This document shows positions 48,487-58,076 of a DNA stretch of 64,000 bases, one piece after another. Position numbers and translations under genes: made by a program. Position 1 is the stretch's first letter; each line of letters begins with the position of its first letter. The stretch covers positions 1,152,001-1,216,000 of the forward strand of contig CAVQEQ010000004.1 in the NCBI GenBank assembly GCA_963711565.1. The letters run 5' to 3'. This DNA is from an uncultured delta proteobacterium (GTDB lineage: Bacteria; Desulfobacterota; Binatia; Binatales; Binataceae). The notes beneath the pieces are model-generated. The model was given only the letters and a program-made list of their open reading frames with translations, made no database searches and had not been told where the DNA came from.

Positions 48487-49329
48487 ATGCGGACATTAAA
48501 GGTATTGATTGACGGGTTGGCGTTTCCCGAGGGGCCGCGATGGCATGATGGAAAATTTGTTTTCTCCGACATGCACGCGCATCAGGTGATCGCGGTCGAT
48601 ATGGCGGGCAAACGCGAAGTGATCTGCGAGGTGCCGAATCGGCCGTCGGGCCTTGGATGGTTGCCTGATGGACGGATGCTCGTAGTCTCGATGACGGATC
48701 GAAAGCTGATGCGGCTCGATCACGACGGGCTGAGGACGGTAGCGGACATGAGCAAGCTCGCGGCGTTCGACTGCAACGACATGGTGGTCGACGCGCGCGG
48801 ACATGCGTACGTAGGAAATTTTGGATTTGATTTGCACAAGAACGAGACGCCGCGCACGACGACGCTGGTGATGATCGCGCCGGACGGCGTCGCGCGCGTC
48901 GTCGCCGACGACATGATGTTCCCCAATGGGATGGTGATTACGCCAGATGGGAAGACGCTGATCGTTGGCGAGAGTTTCGGACAGCGATTGACGGCGTTCG
49001 ATACCAGCGCGGACGGATCGCTCACCAATCGGCGCGTGTGGGCCCAACTCGACAGCAGGGTGCCCGATGGAATTTGCCTCGACGCCGAGAATGCGATCTG
49101 GGTGGCATGTCCGACGGCGTCGGAAGTGATTCGGGTCAAGCAGGGCGGTGAGGTGGTCGAGCGGATCAAGGTGGAGACGGACGCGTTCGCATGCATGCTC
49201 GGCGGCATCGACGGGCGGACGCTGTTCGTCGCGACGGCGCCGGCTTCCGATCCTGAAAAGTGTCGCGCGACGCGAGGCGGGCGAATCGAAACTACGCAAG
49301 TTGAGGTGCCGCACGCGGGATTACCGTAA
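48487..49329 (+). CDS. SMP-30/gluconolactonase/LRE family protein
   Basis: FPEGPRW, NDMVVD, FPNGMVITPDG, PDGICLD. Confidence 0.92.
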   Translation: MRTLKVLIDGLAFPEGPRWHDGKFVFSDMHAHQVIAVDMAGKREVICEVPNRPSGLGWLPDGRMLVVSMTDRKLMRLDHDGLRTVADMSKLAAFDCNDMVVDARGHAYVGNFGFDLHKNETPRTTTLVMIAPDGVARVVADDMMFPNGMVITPDGKTLIVGESFGQRLTAFDTSADGSLTNRRVWAQLDSRVPDGICLDAENAIWVACPTASEVIRVKQGGEVVERIKVETDAFACMLGGIDGRTLFVATAPASDPEKCRATRGGRIETTQVEVPHAGLP

Positions 49330-49376
49330 ATATGCATACTGGCGCGAGAACCGCGGGCGTGGCGTAATGGATTGCG

Positions 49377-50699
49377 ATGGGTGTTAACGGACACGGCGAG
49401 AATTTTCGCGCGCGGCGCAAGCGCATGATGGAGGCGATCGCGCCGGGCGCGACGGCGATCATGCCGAGCGCGCCCGTGGCCGTTCGATCGGGCGACGTCG
49501 AGTTCGTTTATCGCCAGGACAGCGACTTCTACTACCTGACGGGATTTGCAGAGCCGGACTCGGTGGCGTTGCTGTCGCCGGGGCACCCGGACGGCGAATT
49601 CGTGATGTTCGTGCGTCCGCGCGACAAGGAGCGCGAGACTTGGACGGGCCGGCGCGCGGGAATCGAGGGCGCCATAATCGAGTACGGCGCCGACAAGGCT
49701 TACGTAATCGACGATCTCGAAAAGATTCTGCCGCGCTACCTCGAAAAAAGTGAGCGCGTACATTACCCGCTGGGGCTGAACGAAAAAATGGATGAGCGTG
49801 TGATGAAACTGATTCGATGGGCGCAGACGATGCGGCCGCGAATCGGCGTCGGACCGTCGGCGATAATCGATCCGCGCGACATTATTCACGAAGCGCGGCT
49901 GAAGAAAGAGCCGGCGGAGCTCGAAGCGATGCGGCGCGCGATGGCGATCTCGGCGGACGCGCACAAGCGCGCGATGATGAACGCGCGCGGCGGGATGCGC
50001 GAGTGGCAAATCGAGGCCGAGGTCGATTACACGTTTCGATCGCAGGGCGCCGCGGGTCCCAGCTATCCGTCGATCATCGCGTCGGGACCCAACGCGGCGA
50101 CGCTGCACTACATCAACAACGATCGCGAGATGCGCACGGGCGAGCTGCTGCTGATCGACGCCGGCGCGGAGTACGACTTCTACGCGGCGGACATCACGCG
50201 CACGTCGCCGATTGGCGCGCGTTTTACGGGCCTGCAACGCAGCCTGTACGAAGTAGTGCTCGACGCACAACTCAAGGCGATCGACGCGATCAAGCCGGGC
50301 GCGCATTTCGACGATCCCCACGAAGTGGCTCTGCGCGTTCTGGTTGACGGTATGCGGCAGCTCGGCATCTTGCAGGGCTCGGCCGACGAAATAATCGCGA
50401 AGGGCGCGTATCGGCGCTACTACATGCATCGCACCAGTCACTGGCTCGGCATGGACGTGCACGACGTGGGGCTGTACCGGGTGGACGGTGCGTCGCGAGT
50501 GCTGGAGCCCGGGATGGTGCTCACGGTCGAGCCGGGATTGTACATCGCGCCGGACGACGACGAAGTTGCCGACAGTTTTCGCGGCGTGGGGATCCGAATC
50601 GAGGACGACGTGCTGGTGACCGCTGACGGTCACGAAGTAATGACCGCTGCGACGCCGAAATCGATTGCGGATGTCGAAGCACTGACTACCGCGCAATAG
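49377..50699 (+). CDS. pepP: Xaa-Pro aminopeptidase P
   Basis: RQDSDFYYLTG, LHY, DAGAE...ADITRT, HWLGMDVHD, TVEPG, IRIEDD. Confidence 0.95.
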   Translation: MGVNGHGENFRARRKRMMEAIAPGATAIMPSAPVAVRSGDVEFVYRQDSDFYYLTGFAEPDSVALLSPGHPDGEFVMFVRPRDKERETWTGRRAGIEGAIIEYGADKAYVIDDLEKILPRYLEKSERVHYPLGLNEKMDERVMKLIRWAQTMRPRIGVGPSAIIDPRDIIHEARLKKEPAELEAMRRAMAISADAHKRAMMNARGGMREWQIEAEVDYTFRSQGAAGPSYPSIIASGPNAATLHYINNDREMRTGELLLIDAGAEYDFYAADITRTSPIGARFTGLQRSLYEVVLDAQLKAIDAIKPGAHFDDPHEVALRVLVDGMRQLGILQGSADEIIAKGAYRRYYMHRTSHWLGMDVHDVGLYRVDGASRVLEPGMVLTVEPGLYIAPDDDEVADSFRGVGIRIEDDVLVTADGHEVMTAATPKSIADVEALTTAQ

Positions 50700-50704
50700 T
50701 CAAT

Positions 50705-50932
50705 TCAATAGTACAGCCACGAATGACAAGTGCCGCGGGCGTCCTGGCAGGCCACCGTGCAATTACCTATTTCGTTTCGGCAGTAGTATTCGTCATTACC
50801 ATGTAGCTCGCAGACCTGGTAGTTGCGATTGCATTCGTACTGGCATTTGCTTTGCGCATAGTCGCATCGATTGGCGCATCCCGCAGTGAGCAGAGCGACG
50901 CTGGCGGCGAAGAGCGATACTGTTGCGCGCAC
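50705..50932 (-). CDS. small Cys-rich lipoprotein
   Basis: Lipobox TAGC followed by 8 regularly spaced Cys. Confidence 0.75.
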   Translation of the reverse strand: MRATVSLFAASVALLTAGCANRCDYAQSKCQYECNRNYQVCELHGNDEYYCRNEIGNCTVACQDARGTCHSWLYY

Positions 50933-50944
50933 GAGCGGTCGTCG

Positions 50945-51826
50945 TTACAGCTCGATCGCGCTCGCGCTGCCGACGATGGTCTTGGTGCCGTCGGCCTTGT
51001 CGCACCAGGCTTCAACTTCGGCACGCGAGCGTATCCCCTCGGAGTGGCGCGCGACGATCAAACCTTTTGGACCGGTGACGTCGTTGCCCCACACGACGTT
51101 GACCAGCCGCAGGTCCATCTTGCCGCCGTAGAGAAAGCCGAGGCCGAAACGTTTCGTCATCATCTCGGCGACGAGGCATACCGACAGCATCCCCTGCACT
51201 ACGATTTCCGGAAATCCCAGCTCGACCGCCTTCTGCCGATCGTTATGGTAATTGCGCGCAGGCCCTGAAAAAGCCATGCACATGTCCTCGGTGATCTTGC
51301 GCATCGGAGATTCGATCGGGTCGCCGCCGCGCTCGCCGATTTTGAACGAGCGCGACGAATCCTTTTCGCGCGACTTGTCGACGACGAAACCATGCTTCGT
51401 CTGCTCGGGGAGTAGGAAGCTCTGATGGGTTCGGCTGCGCGACACAATTTGCCCCGACGCGTTGCCGACGATCACTTCGTTCACGACGTACTCGCGATCG
51501 CGCTTGACGTAGCGGTCAACGATGACCGAGCGAGTCGTAACGCGCTCGCCGACCATCACCGGCGCGAACAGTTCCCATTCCTGGCGCGTATGCAGGTTGC
51601 CGAAGATATTCGGCAGATACCATCCGAGCGTGCGGTACACCGCGTCGTAGAGAATCAGCGCGGGAGCAATCGGCCCGCCCAGCGGAGAGTCGCCGCGATA
51701 CCATGGATTGTCATCGCCGGTGCCGGCGACGTACTTCGCGACGAAAGCGGGCGTGACGTCGTAGGTCATGCCGCCGAAGTCGCGGCCGACGTACACCTCT
51801 TTGCGGTCGAAAATCTCATTGCTCAT
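50945..51826 (-). CDS. double hot-dog MaoC-like dehydratase
   Basis: DDNPWY, GNLHTRQEWE, NYHND...GFPEIVVQG. Confidence 0.85.
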   Translation of the reverse strand: MSNEIFDRKEVYVGRDFGGMTYDVTPAFVAKYVAGTGDDNPWYRGDSPLGGPIAPALILYDAVYRTLGWYLPNIFGNLHTRQEWELFAPVMVGERVTTRSVIVDRYVKRDREYVVNEVIVGNASGQIVSRSRTHQSFLLPEQTKHGFVVDKSREKDSSRSFKIGERGGDPIESPMRKITEDMCMAFSGPARNYHNDRQKAVELGFPEIVVQGMLSVCLVAEMMTKRFGLGFLYGGKMDLRLVNVVWGNDVTGPKGLIVARHSEGIRSRAEVEAWCDKADGTKTIVGSASAIEL

Positions 51827-51843
51827 CGTGGTGTCCTGACGCG

Positions 51844-52239
51844 CTAGCTTTTCTGCTTGGTTTTGAGACGATCGTTGAACTTGGCGGCGTCGATTACCGC
51901 GCGCCGATGGCTCCCGGAGCCAATCTGCTCGACGTCATCGAAAGCGCGCACCGCAAACTCCAGGCGCCGCCCTTCGACCTTGGTGACCTCGGCCTCGGCG
52001 CGAGCGCGATGACCGGGAGGAGTCGCGGCGGTGTGACTGACTTCGATCGACATGCCGACAGAACTTTCCCCGGCGTCGAGGAACGGCTTGATCGCTTCGA
52101 TTGCCGCCTGTTCCATCATTGCGATCATCGTCGGCGTGGACAGAACCGCGGCCAGCGACGGGTCAAGATGGCTGGCGAGGTCCGCGGCCGCGACGAGCTT
52201 CGCGTGAGTACCCTTGGCGCCGGGAGGAATTGGCTTCAT
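51844..52239 (-). CDS. FlK-like hot-dog thioesterase
   Basis: VLSTPTMIAMME, SVGMSIEVSHTAATPPG (Thr/Glu/His triad). Confidence 0.88.
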   Translation of the reverse strand: MKPIPPGAKGTHAKLVAAADLASHLDPSLAAVLSTPTMIAMMEQAAIEAIKPFLDAGESSVGMSIEVSHTAATPPGHRARAEAEVTKVEGRRLEFAVRAFDDVEQIGSGSHRRAVIDAAKFNDRLKTKQKS

Positions 52240-52241
52240 CG

Positions 52242-52667
52242 CTACACTAGTACCGCAAGGACGATCTGGATCGACATTGTGACACAGATTGCGAGCCCGA
52301 TGCCCCAAAAGATTGTGCGCGACGGTTGCATGCCTTGCATGTATGCGACCGTGTGCAGGATTCGCGCGCCGGTGAAGATACTGAAATAAATGTACGCGCC
52401 CCCCGACCAGCATCCGAGGTTCACGTACTCCAAACCGAGAAACAGAAAAATCGGTATGTTCTCGAGGTCGTTGCGCCAGACCGCCGCCGCTCGCTTTACG
52501 ACCTGCGCTTCCTCCGTGGCTGGCGCGGGTACCCCGAAGTAGCTCGCATCTTCGGGATTCGTGAAGGTTTTCGTGTTTATGCGTCCAAGCGCCTGGATGA
52601 CCGAGTTTGCGAGCATCTTGAAAAACAGAACGACGGTTATAAGCGAATAAAACTGGTACTCGGACAT
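52242..52667 (-). CDS. MAPEG family membrane protein
   Basis: FTNPED, RNDLENIPIF, ARILHT. Confidence 0.9.
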   Translation of the reverse strand: MSEYQFYSLITVVLFFKMLANSVIQALGRINTKTFTNPEDASYFGVPAPATEEAQVVKRAAAVWRNDLENIPIFLFLGLEYVNLGCWSGGAYIYFSIFTGARILHTVAYMQGMQPSRTIFWGIGLAICVTMSIQIVLAVLV

Positions 52668-52673
52668 CGGCGG

Positions 52674-53285
52674 TTATCTCCTTAGGCCCATTGCGTCGAG
52701 TTTCTTGACGACCCATTCGATCCGATCGTTGCCCCAAAACGGTTCGTTGTTGACGATGAATGTCGGCACGCCGAAGATACCGTCGCGATCGCCGACGGCA
52801 AAGGCCTCGGACAGTTCGCGTGGGCCGTCGTGAGCCACATAGCGTTCGAAGGCCCCGGCGTCGAGGACCGTCTCCGTCATGACAGCGGCAAGCGCGGCGG
52901 CGTTCTCGATGTCGAGCTCTCGTTTGAAGAAGCGCTCGAACACGCGGTCCGAGTATGGCCGGAAGAGGCCGTGCTTGTCGGCAAACAGGCCCGACATAAG
53001 AGAGAGTTTCGAGTCGAAGATTTTCTCCGGTCCGCGAATGATCATGCCGCGCGCGTTCGCGAAGCGGCGGGCGTCGAGGTACAGGTAGCGGACTTTGCGC
53101 CATTCGCGCTCGGGCCGCTCATTGACGTCGCCGCCGAATGCGCCGCGGACATCGAGTTCGTGCGGGATGTAATGCAGGCGGACGCGATGCGATTCCATCA
53201 GCGCGTACGCCGGATGCATCGCGAGATATGCGAACGGGCTCTTGTAGTCGTAATAGAGCTTGATCGTCAGGAGCGCGTCGGCCAT
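52674..53285 (-). CDS. 2-hydroxychromene-2-carboxylate isomerase/DsbA-like (GST kappa family)
   Basis: YYDYKSPFAYL, GIFGVPTF, FWGNDR. Confidence 0.88.
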   Translation of the reverse strand: MADALLTIKLYYDYKSPFAYLAMHPAYALMESHRVRLHYIPHELDVRGAFGGDVNERPEREWRKVRYLYLDARRFANARGMIIRGPEKIFDSKLSLMSGLFADKHGLFRPYSDRVFERFFKRELDIENAAALAAVMTETVLDAGAFERYVAHDGPRELSEAFAVGDRDGIFGVPTFIVNNEPFWGNDRIEWVVKKLDAMGLRR

Positions 53286-53409
53286 GGCTGAGGATTTAGC
53301 ATCACGCGCCGCAGACAGAAAGGCGTGACCAGCCGCCCGCGAAAGGCCTGGAAGATTCGGGTCCGATCCCCGCCAGTCCGAGTTGCGCAATCCAGTCGGC
53401 GCCGCGTTC

Positions 53410-54408
53410 CTAGATCAGCGGTTCGTGGATTGCCTCCGCCGCTTCGGACGCGGGTTGCTTGCGATGGGGGTCGGCGCCTAGGACGAGCGTCAGCACGCCG
53501 CTCACCGAGATCAGGATGCCAATGATCTCGCGGGTCGTCGCGCGCTCGCCGAGAAATATCACGGCGAAAAGAATCGAGAGTATCGGTATGCCGGGAATGA
53601 CCAGAGCCGTCGTCCACGCCAGCGAGAGCCGGTTGATCGCACCGTACCAGGTGAGTCCGCTCAAAAAATAGACGAAGAATCCGGTCACCAGGATTACGCC
53701 CAGCGACGTCGGATCGGCGAGTTGTACAATCGACTCGCGCCGGAACAGCAGCAGCATCGCGCTGAGCACAATCGACGCGTACATGAAACGGCCGCCGGTC
53801 ATCGAAGTCGGCGTCAGCGGCGGCATCAGCCTCAGGCCCATCACGTGCGACGTCTGCCAGAACAGCGGCGTCGTGAAGATGATGGCCGACGCCCACAGCG
53901 GTGAAAATGAGCCACCGCCCGCGAGCACCGAACCGATGCCAACCAAAACGGTTGCAGTCGCGAGCATCTGGCGCATCGACGGCCGCTCGCCGACGAAGAT
54001 TGTCGAGAGCACCAGCGAATAGATCGGCTCGGTTTGCAGCAACAGCACGCCCGCGACGGCGCCGATGCGGGTGAGTCCGTAGGTCAAGGTCAGGCTGGTC
54101 ATCACAGTCCCCGCCATCGCGACGACAAACAAGCGGCGGCGGTAGCGCGGGTCGAAAATCAATCCCAACTCGCCGGTACAATGGAGCAGCGGAATCGTAC
54201 AGAGCGTCGCGAACACCACGGCGCCGGTGCAGAACAGCAGGGGGTCGAGATTCACCGCGCCCCATCGCGTGATGACGGGCTGGCCGGCGCCGATGATCGT
54301 GTTGATGATGCAAAGCGTCACGCCGACCTGAAAGGCGCGGGCGCGGCGCGCCTTTTCGCCGGCCTCGGCGAGGGCGGACATCGAGCCCGCCGAAGTGTCG
54401 CGGGGCAT
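53410..54408 (-). CDS. DMT/EamA family transporter
   Basis: About 10 TM helices in two repeats (FVGER, FLGER). Confidence 0.88.
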   Translation of the reverse strand: MPRDTSAGSMSALAEAGEKARRARAFQVGVTLCIINTIIGAGQPVITRWGAVNLDPLLFCTGAVVFATLCTIPLLHCTGELGLIFDPRYRRRLFVVAMAGTVMTSLTLTYGLTRIGAVAGVLLLQTEPIYSLVLSTIFVGERPSMRQMLATATVLVGIGSVLAGGGSFSPLWASAIIFTTPLFWQTSHVMGLRLMPPLTPTSMTGGRFMYASIVLSAMLLLFRRESIVQLADPTSLGVILVTGFFVYFLSGLTWYGAINRLSLAWTTALVIPGIPILSILFAVIFLGERATTREIIGILISVSGVLTLVLGADPHRKQPASEAAEAIHEPLI

Positions 54409-54411
54409 CGA

Positions 54412-55200
54412 TTACGCTCGCGCGAACGCGACAGCGACGACCAGTATGGCCAGCGCGATTCGATAGATCGCGAAGGACCGATAGCTGTGAGTTCGCACGA
54501 ATTTCAACAGGCCGAAGATCGCGATCAGACCGAAGACCGCGGAGGCAGTGAAGCCCCATCCGAGCTGGGCGGTGAGGCCCGAGTGGACGAACTTGCGCGC
54601 CTCTATCAGGCCGGCCCCGGCGATGATCGGGGTCGCCATCAGGAAGGAGAAATTCGCCGCGTCCTCGCGCTCGATCCCGAGGAAGCGGGCCGTGGTAATC
54701 GTGGCGCCGGAGCGGGAGACGCCGGGGATTATCGCCAGCGCCTGGCTGAGGCCGACGAGGATGGCGTCGAGGAAGGTGATTTGGTCTATCTTGCGCTTTC
54801 TCGACCCATAAGCGTCACCAGCCCACAGAAAAACGCCGAGAATAGCCAGCGTCCCAGCTATCAGAACTGGTGAGCGAAAGATCGTCTCGGCTTGCTTCTC
54901 TAGCAGGACGCCGATGATCGCGCCCGGAACCGATGCGACTATCAGCAGAAACAGCAACCTGCGTTGGGCCCGGTTACCATTGGCTATCGACAGCGCCATG
55001 TCGAGCCATTCACGCCAATAAAAGACCAGCAGCGCCAAGAGCGTTCCGAGGTGAAGGACTACATCGAAGGCCAGCCCCGGGTCTTCCGGCCATTTGAACA
55101 GCCAGGGGACCAGTATCAAATGAGCCGAACTTGAGACCGGGAGGAACTCTGTCAAGCCTTGCACGATGCCGAGAACAATAGCCTGAAATGCAGAAATCAT
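54412..55200 (-). CDS. uppP: undecaprenyl-diphosphatase
   Basis: VQGLTEFLPVSSSAH, HLGT, PGVSRSGATI. Confidence 0.96.
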   Translation of the reverse strand: MISAFQAIVLGIVQGLTEFLPVSSSAHLILVPWLFKWPEDPGLAFDVVLHLGTLLALLVFYWREWLDMALSIANGNRAQRRLLFLLIVASVPGAIIGVLLEKQAETIFRSPVLIAGTLAILGVFLWAGDAYGSRKRKIDQITFLDAILVGLSQALAIIPGVSRSGATITTARFLGIEREDAANFSFLMATPIIAGAGLIEARKFVHSGLTAQLGWGFTASAVFGLIAIFGLLKFVRTHSYRSFAIYRIALAILVVAVAFARA

Positions 55201-55310
55201 AATAATATCAACTAGTTAGGCGCGCGTAGCGGTTTTCGTGCACAATTGTGCCGGTCGGGACCCTTGACCGTAAAACTCGCCAATAAGTGAAAACATGTCT
55301 AAGATGCTCC

Positions 55311-55338
55311 TTGACCGGGCCGGTACTTGGTTTAGAAT
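55311..55338 (+). promoter_or_regulatory. putative sigma70 promoter
   Basis: TTGACC-16 nt-TAGAAT upstream of the GGAGG RBS of the 55390 ORF. Confidence 0.5.
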
Positions 55339-55389
55339 TGATTCCTGCTAGCGGAGAGTAGATGCGGGTAGCGGGAGGCGTTATTGCCT

Positions 55390-55713
55390 ATGAATCGAGT
55401 TGCCAGAGGCAAGGTAATTCCCTTACGGGAAGTCAGCGTGGTCGAATCCGACGGATCGCCCGACCAATCTGCCGTTTGGGATAACATCAACCCCGGCGAA
55501 CCGCATCCATTTCCGGTTGTTTCAACGCTGCCACGTTTGCCGGTGATGATCCCGGACGAGATTCTGGACTATTACGGCTGGGTCTTTTGTCAAGGTGGAT
55601 TCCTCAATCTCCAGATGACGTTCGAGCAGTTCCTCGCCGTGGTCGCGGCGGTAAGTCCCGCAGGCCTGAGCCCGGAATACGATGCAAGCGAGGCATCGTA
55701 CCCCAACGATTGA
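55390..55713 (+). CDS. hypothetical protein
   Basis: Own promoter, RBS and downstream terminator. Confidence 0.65.
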   Translation: MNRVARGKVIPLREVSVVESDGSPDQSAVWDNINPGEPHPFPVVSTLPRLPVMIPDEILDYYGWVFCQGGFLNLQMTFEQFLAVVAAVSPAGLSPEYDASEASYPND

Positions 55714-55740
55714 TCCTCCGCGATAGCGCGAAAGGATATT

Positions 55741-55783
55741 TCGATGCCCGCCCCGGGCGCACTCGGGCGGGCATCGATTTTTT
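55741..55783 (+). terminator. intrinsic terminator
   Basis: TCGATGCCCGCCC...GGGCGGGCATCGA followed by TTTTTT. Confidence 0.8.
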
Positions 55784-55834
55784 CCGGGCTGTAAATTTTT
55801 CATCATTTGACTACGGGGTCACCGGGCTCTGGTT

Positions 55835-56536
55835 TCAGTTGTTCCCCGCGGAACCCTTATTCGGCTCGCTCAGCAATGTGTTCCTGATCCAGATGCTTGG
55901 CAGATTGGCGCCGTCGGTGGGCGACTGCAGGCCGTTGTCCTGCGCGATTTGCCGCCAGTTGTCCTCGTTGCCGGTCGCCCGCTTGGCGAGACCCTTCAGG
56001 TCCTCGTTGGGCAGCAGGGCGTAATTGACGCCGCCCTCTTTCGGAGTGCCGCCCGACGGCGGGGATTGCGCGGCGAGCTGGTCGAACTTCGCGAACAGGT
56101 TCAGGCGCGTCGTCGCACTGTACTTCGAGAGATCCTCGTCGGGGATGTCCTCGACGCGGACGTTGACGATTATTCTCGAGCTGCGCGGATTGAGCTCCAC
56201 CACCTCGACCTCGTAACGGTACTGCGGATGCTTGCCGACCAGACTGCCGAGCACGCCGGGGCCGACGTCGCCGTCCTTCCATAGCGTGATGAGTTTGTCG
56301 TTGTGCTCAACCGTGAACAGGATGCCCTCGCCGCGCAGCACGTCCTCGGTGAGCACGAATGAATCATTCACGCTGTAGGGGACGTCGTGCTGCTCGCCCT
56401 CGGCCGCATCGGTGCCGCCGCCTGCGGCACGGTTGGCGTAATATGGTGCGTAGGTACATCCCGCGAAAAGCAGTATCGAGCAGATGACGATCGCGAGTTT
56501 TTGAAATCGCCGAAACACGCTCCGCACCGCACTCAT
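55835..56536 (-). CDS. lipoprotein with C-terminal LysM-like domain
   Basis: Lipobox FAGC; YALLPNEDLKGLAKR...WRQIAQDNGL; start uncertain. Confidence 0.7.
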   Translation of the reverse strand: MSAVRSVFRRFQKLAIVICSILLFAGCTYAPYYANRAAGGGTDAAEGEQHDVPYSVNDSFVLTEDVLRGEGILFTVEHNDKLITLWKDGDVGPGVLGSLVGKHPQYRYEVEVVELNPRSSRIIVNVRVEDIPDEDLSKYSATTRLNLFAKFDQLAAQSPPSGGTPKEGGVNYALLPNEDLKGLAKRATGNEDNWRQIAQDNGLQSPTDGANLPSIWIRNTLLSEPNKGSAGNN

Positions 56537-56654
56537 CACAACCAGTAAGGAAACCATGCGAGTTTCATATGCGCAAGACGAACCGGCCGAATGCGGCGTC
56601 GCATGCGATTTGGATTGCACGGCAGCCTCGCAGACGCTAATCAAATATACCCTT

Positions 56655-58016
56655 ATGGCGGAAGTAGAAAACAAAACGTCGCGGCACGTGATGGCCGTGA
56701 TCGGAGGCGCGACGGCGGGATCTGAAATCGCGCGCATCCTGGCCGAGCGCGGCGCGCTGGTAATTGTGTTCGAGCAGAACCCTCGTCCCTACGGAAAAAT
56801 CGAAGACGGGCTGCCGCGATGGCACATCAAGCAGCGCCGCGACGAGTACGAGGAAATCAACAAGCGCCTCGACCATCCTAATATCGAATACGTGCCGCTG
56901 ACGCGGATGGGCAGCGAGCTCGATTTCGATGACCTGCGCACCGCATGGGGGCTCAGCGGAATCGTGCTGACGCACGGCGCGTGGAAGGATCGAGCGTTTC
57001 CGGTCGAGGGCGCCGACCAGTTTATCGATCGCGGCCTCGTCTATCAGAACAAGCTGATCTATTGGTTCAATCATTATCCGGAAAAGACTTACGACGGTCC
57101 GCGCTACGAGCTGACGCCCGGCGCGATTGTCGTCGGCGGCGGGCTCGCGTCGATCGACGTGGTCAAGGTGCTGCAAATCGAGATGACGCTTGCCGCCCTG
57201 AAGGCGCGCGGTATCGCTGGCGACATGCTCGCGCTCGAGCGCGAGGGAATCGAGCCGGTCCTTGCCGCGAGCAATCTGAAGTACAGCGACCTCGGCGTCG
57301 CGCCATGCAAATTGTACTACCGCCGCCGCGTGCTCGACATGCCGCTGTCGGACATCCCGCCCGACGCGCCCGAGAAACGCGCCAACGCGCTCAAGCAGGC
57401 GCGCGCAAAGATTCTCGAGAAGGCGCAGCGCAAATTTTTGTTCGAGTTCCAGGAACTGCGCGCGCCGAGCGGTGTGATCGTCGAGAACGGCGCGGTGGTC
57501 GGCGTGAGCTTCAGCCGGACCGAACTCGTCGACGGGCAAGTGCGAATCGTGCAGGAGAATGCGGAGACCGCTCGCGCGCCGCTGACGATCAGTTCGATCG
57601 GAAGCATCCCGGAACCGATTCCCGGAATTGCGCAGAAGGGCGAGGTTTACACCTACGTCGATCAGAAAATCGGCTTGCTGATGGAGGGGCCGACGGCGGT
57701 GTTCGCGGCCGGCAATGTGCTGACCGGCAAGGGCAATATCAAGGACTCGCTCGTCAGCGGCACCGAGATTGGAACGCGCGTGGCCGAGGCCTACCTGGGA
57801 TTGTCGGGCGAGGAATTTAAGATTGCGGAGGGCGCGCGGATGGAGGCTGCGGCCTCGGGCGAGAAGATCGCGGGCGCAGTGGGCATGCGCCAGAAGATCG
57901 CGCCGGAACACGTCGCGAGACTGCTCGGCCACGTGCGCAAACGCCAGCGCGTAGTCGGCTATGAGGGCAACTATCGCGCATGGATCGCCAAGGTCACCCC
58001 GCCCGATCTTCACTAG
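56655..58016 (+). CDS. FAD-dependent oxidoreductase (ferredoxin/adrenodoxin reductase-like)
   Basis: AVIGGATAG, FEQNPRPYG, VVGGGLASID, ISSIG, VFAAG. Confidence 0.8.
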   Translation: MAEVENKTSRHVMAVIGGATAGSEIARILAERGALVIVFEQNPRPYGKIEDGLPRWHIKQRRDEYEEINKRLDHPNIEYVPLTRMGSELDFDDLRTAWGLSGIVLTHGAWKDRAFPVEGADQFIDRGLVYQNKLIYWFNHYPEKTYDGPRYELTPGAIVVGGGLASIDVVKVLQIEMTLAALKARGIAGDMLALEREGIEPVLAASNLKYSDLGVAPCKLYYRRRVLDMPLSDIPPDAPEKRANALKQARAKILEKAQRKFLFEFQELRAPSGVIVENGAVVGVSFSRTELVDGQVRIVQENAETARAPLTISSIGSIPEPIPGIAQKGEVYTYVDQKIGLLMEGPTAVFAAGNVLTGKGNIKDSLVSGTEIGTRVAEAYLGLSGEEFKIAEGARMEAAASGEKIAGAVGMRQKIAPEHVARLLGHVRKRQRVVGYEGNYRAWIAKVTPPDLH

Positions 58017-58076
58017 AAATTGCCTCGTTTTGGACTCGACTATAGGCTCATCGGATGACGGCAACGGAGGTGCGGT

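Noticed and set aside
51844-53103. 419-aa thioesterase fusion ORF
   Set aside because: Only the last 131 aa are thioesterase; the upstream part overlaps the MAPEG and isomerase genes in another frame.
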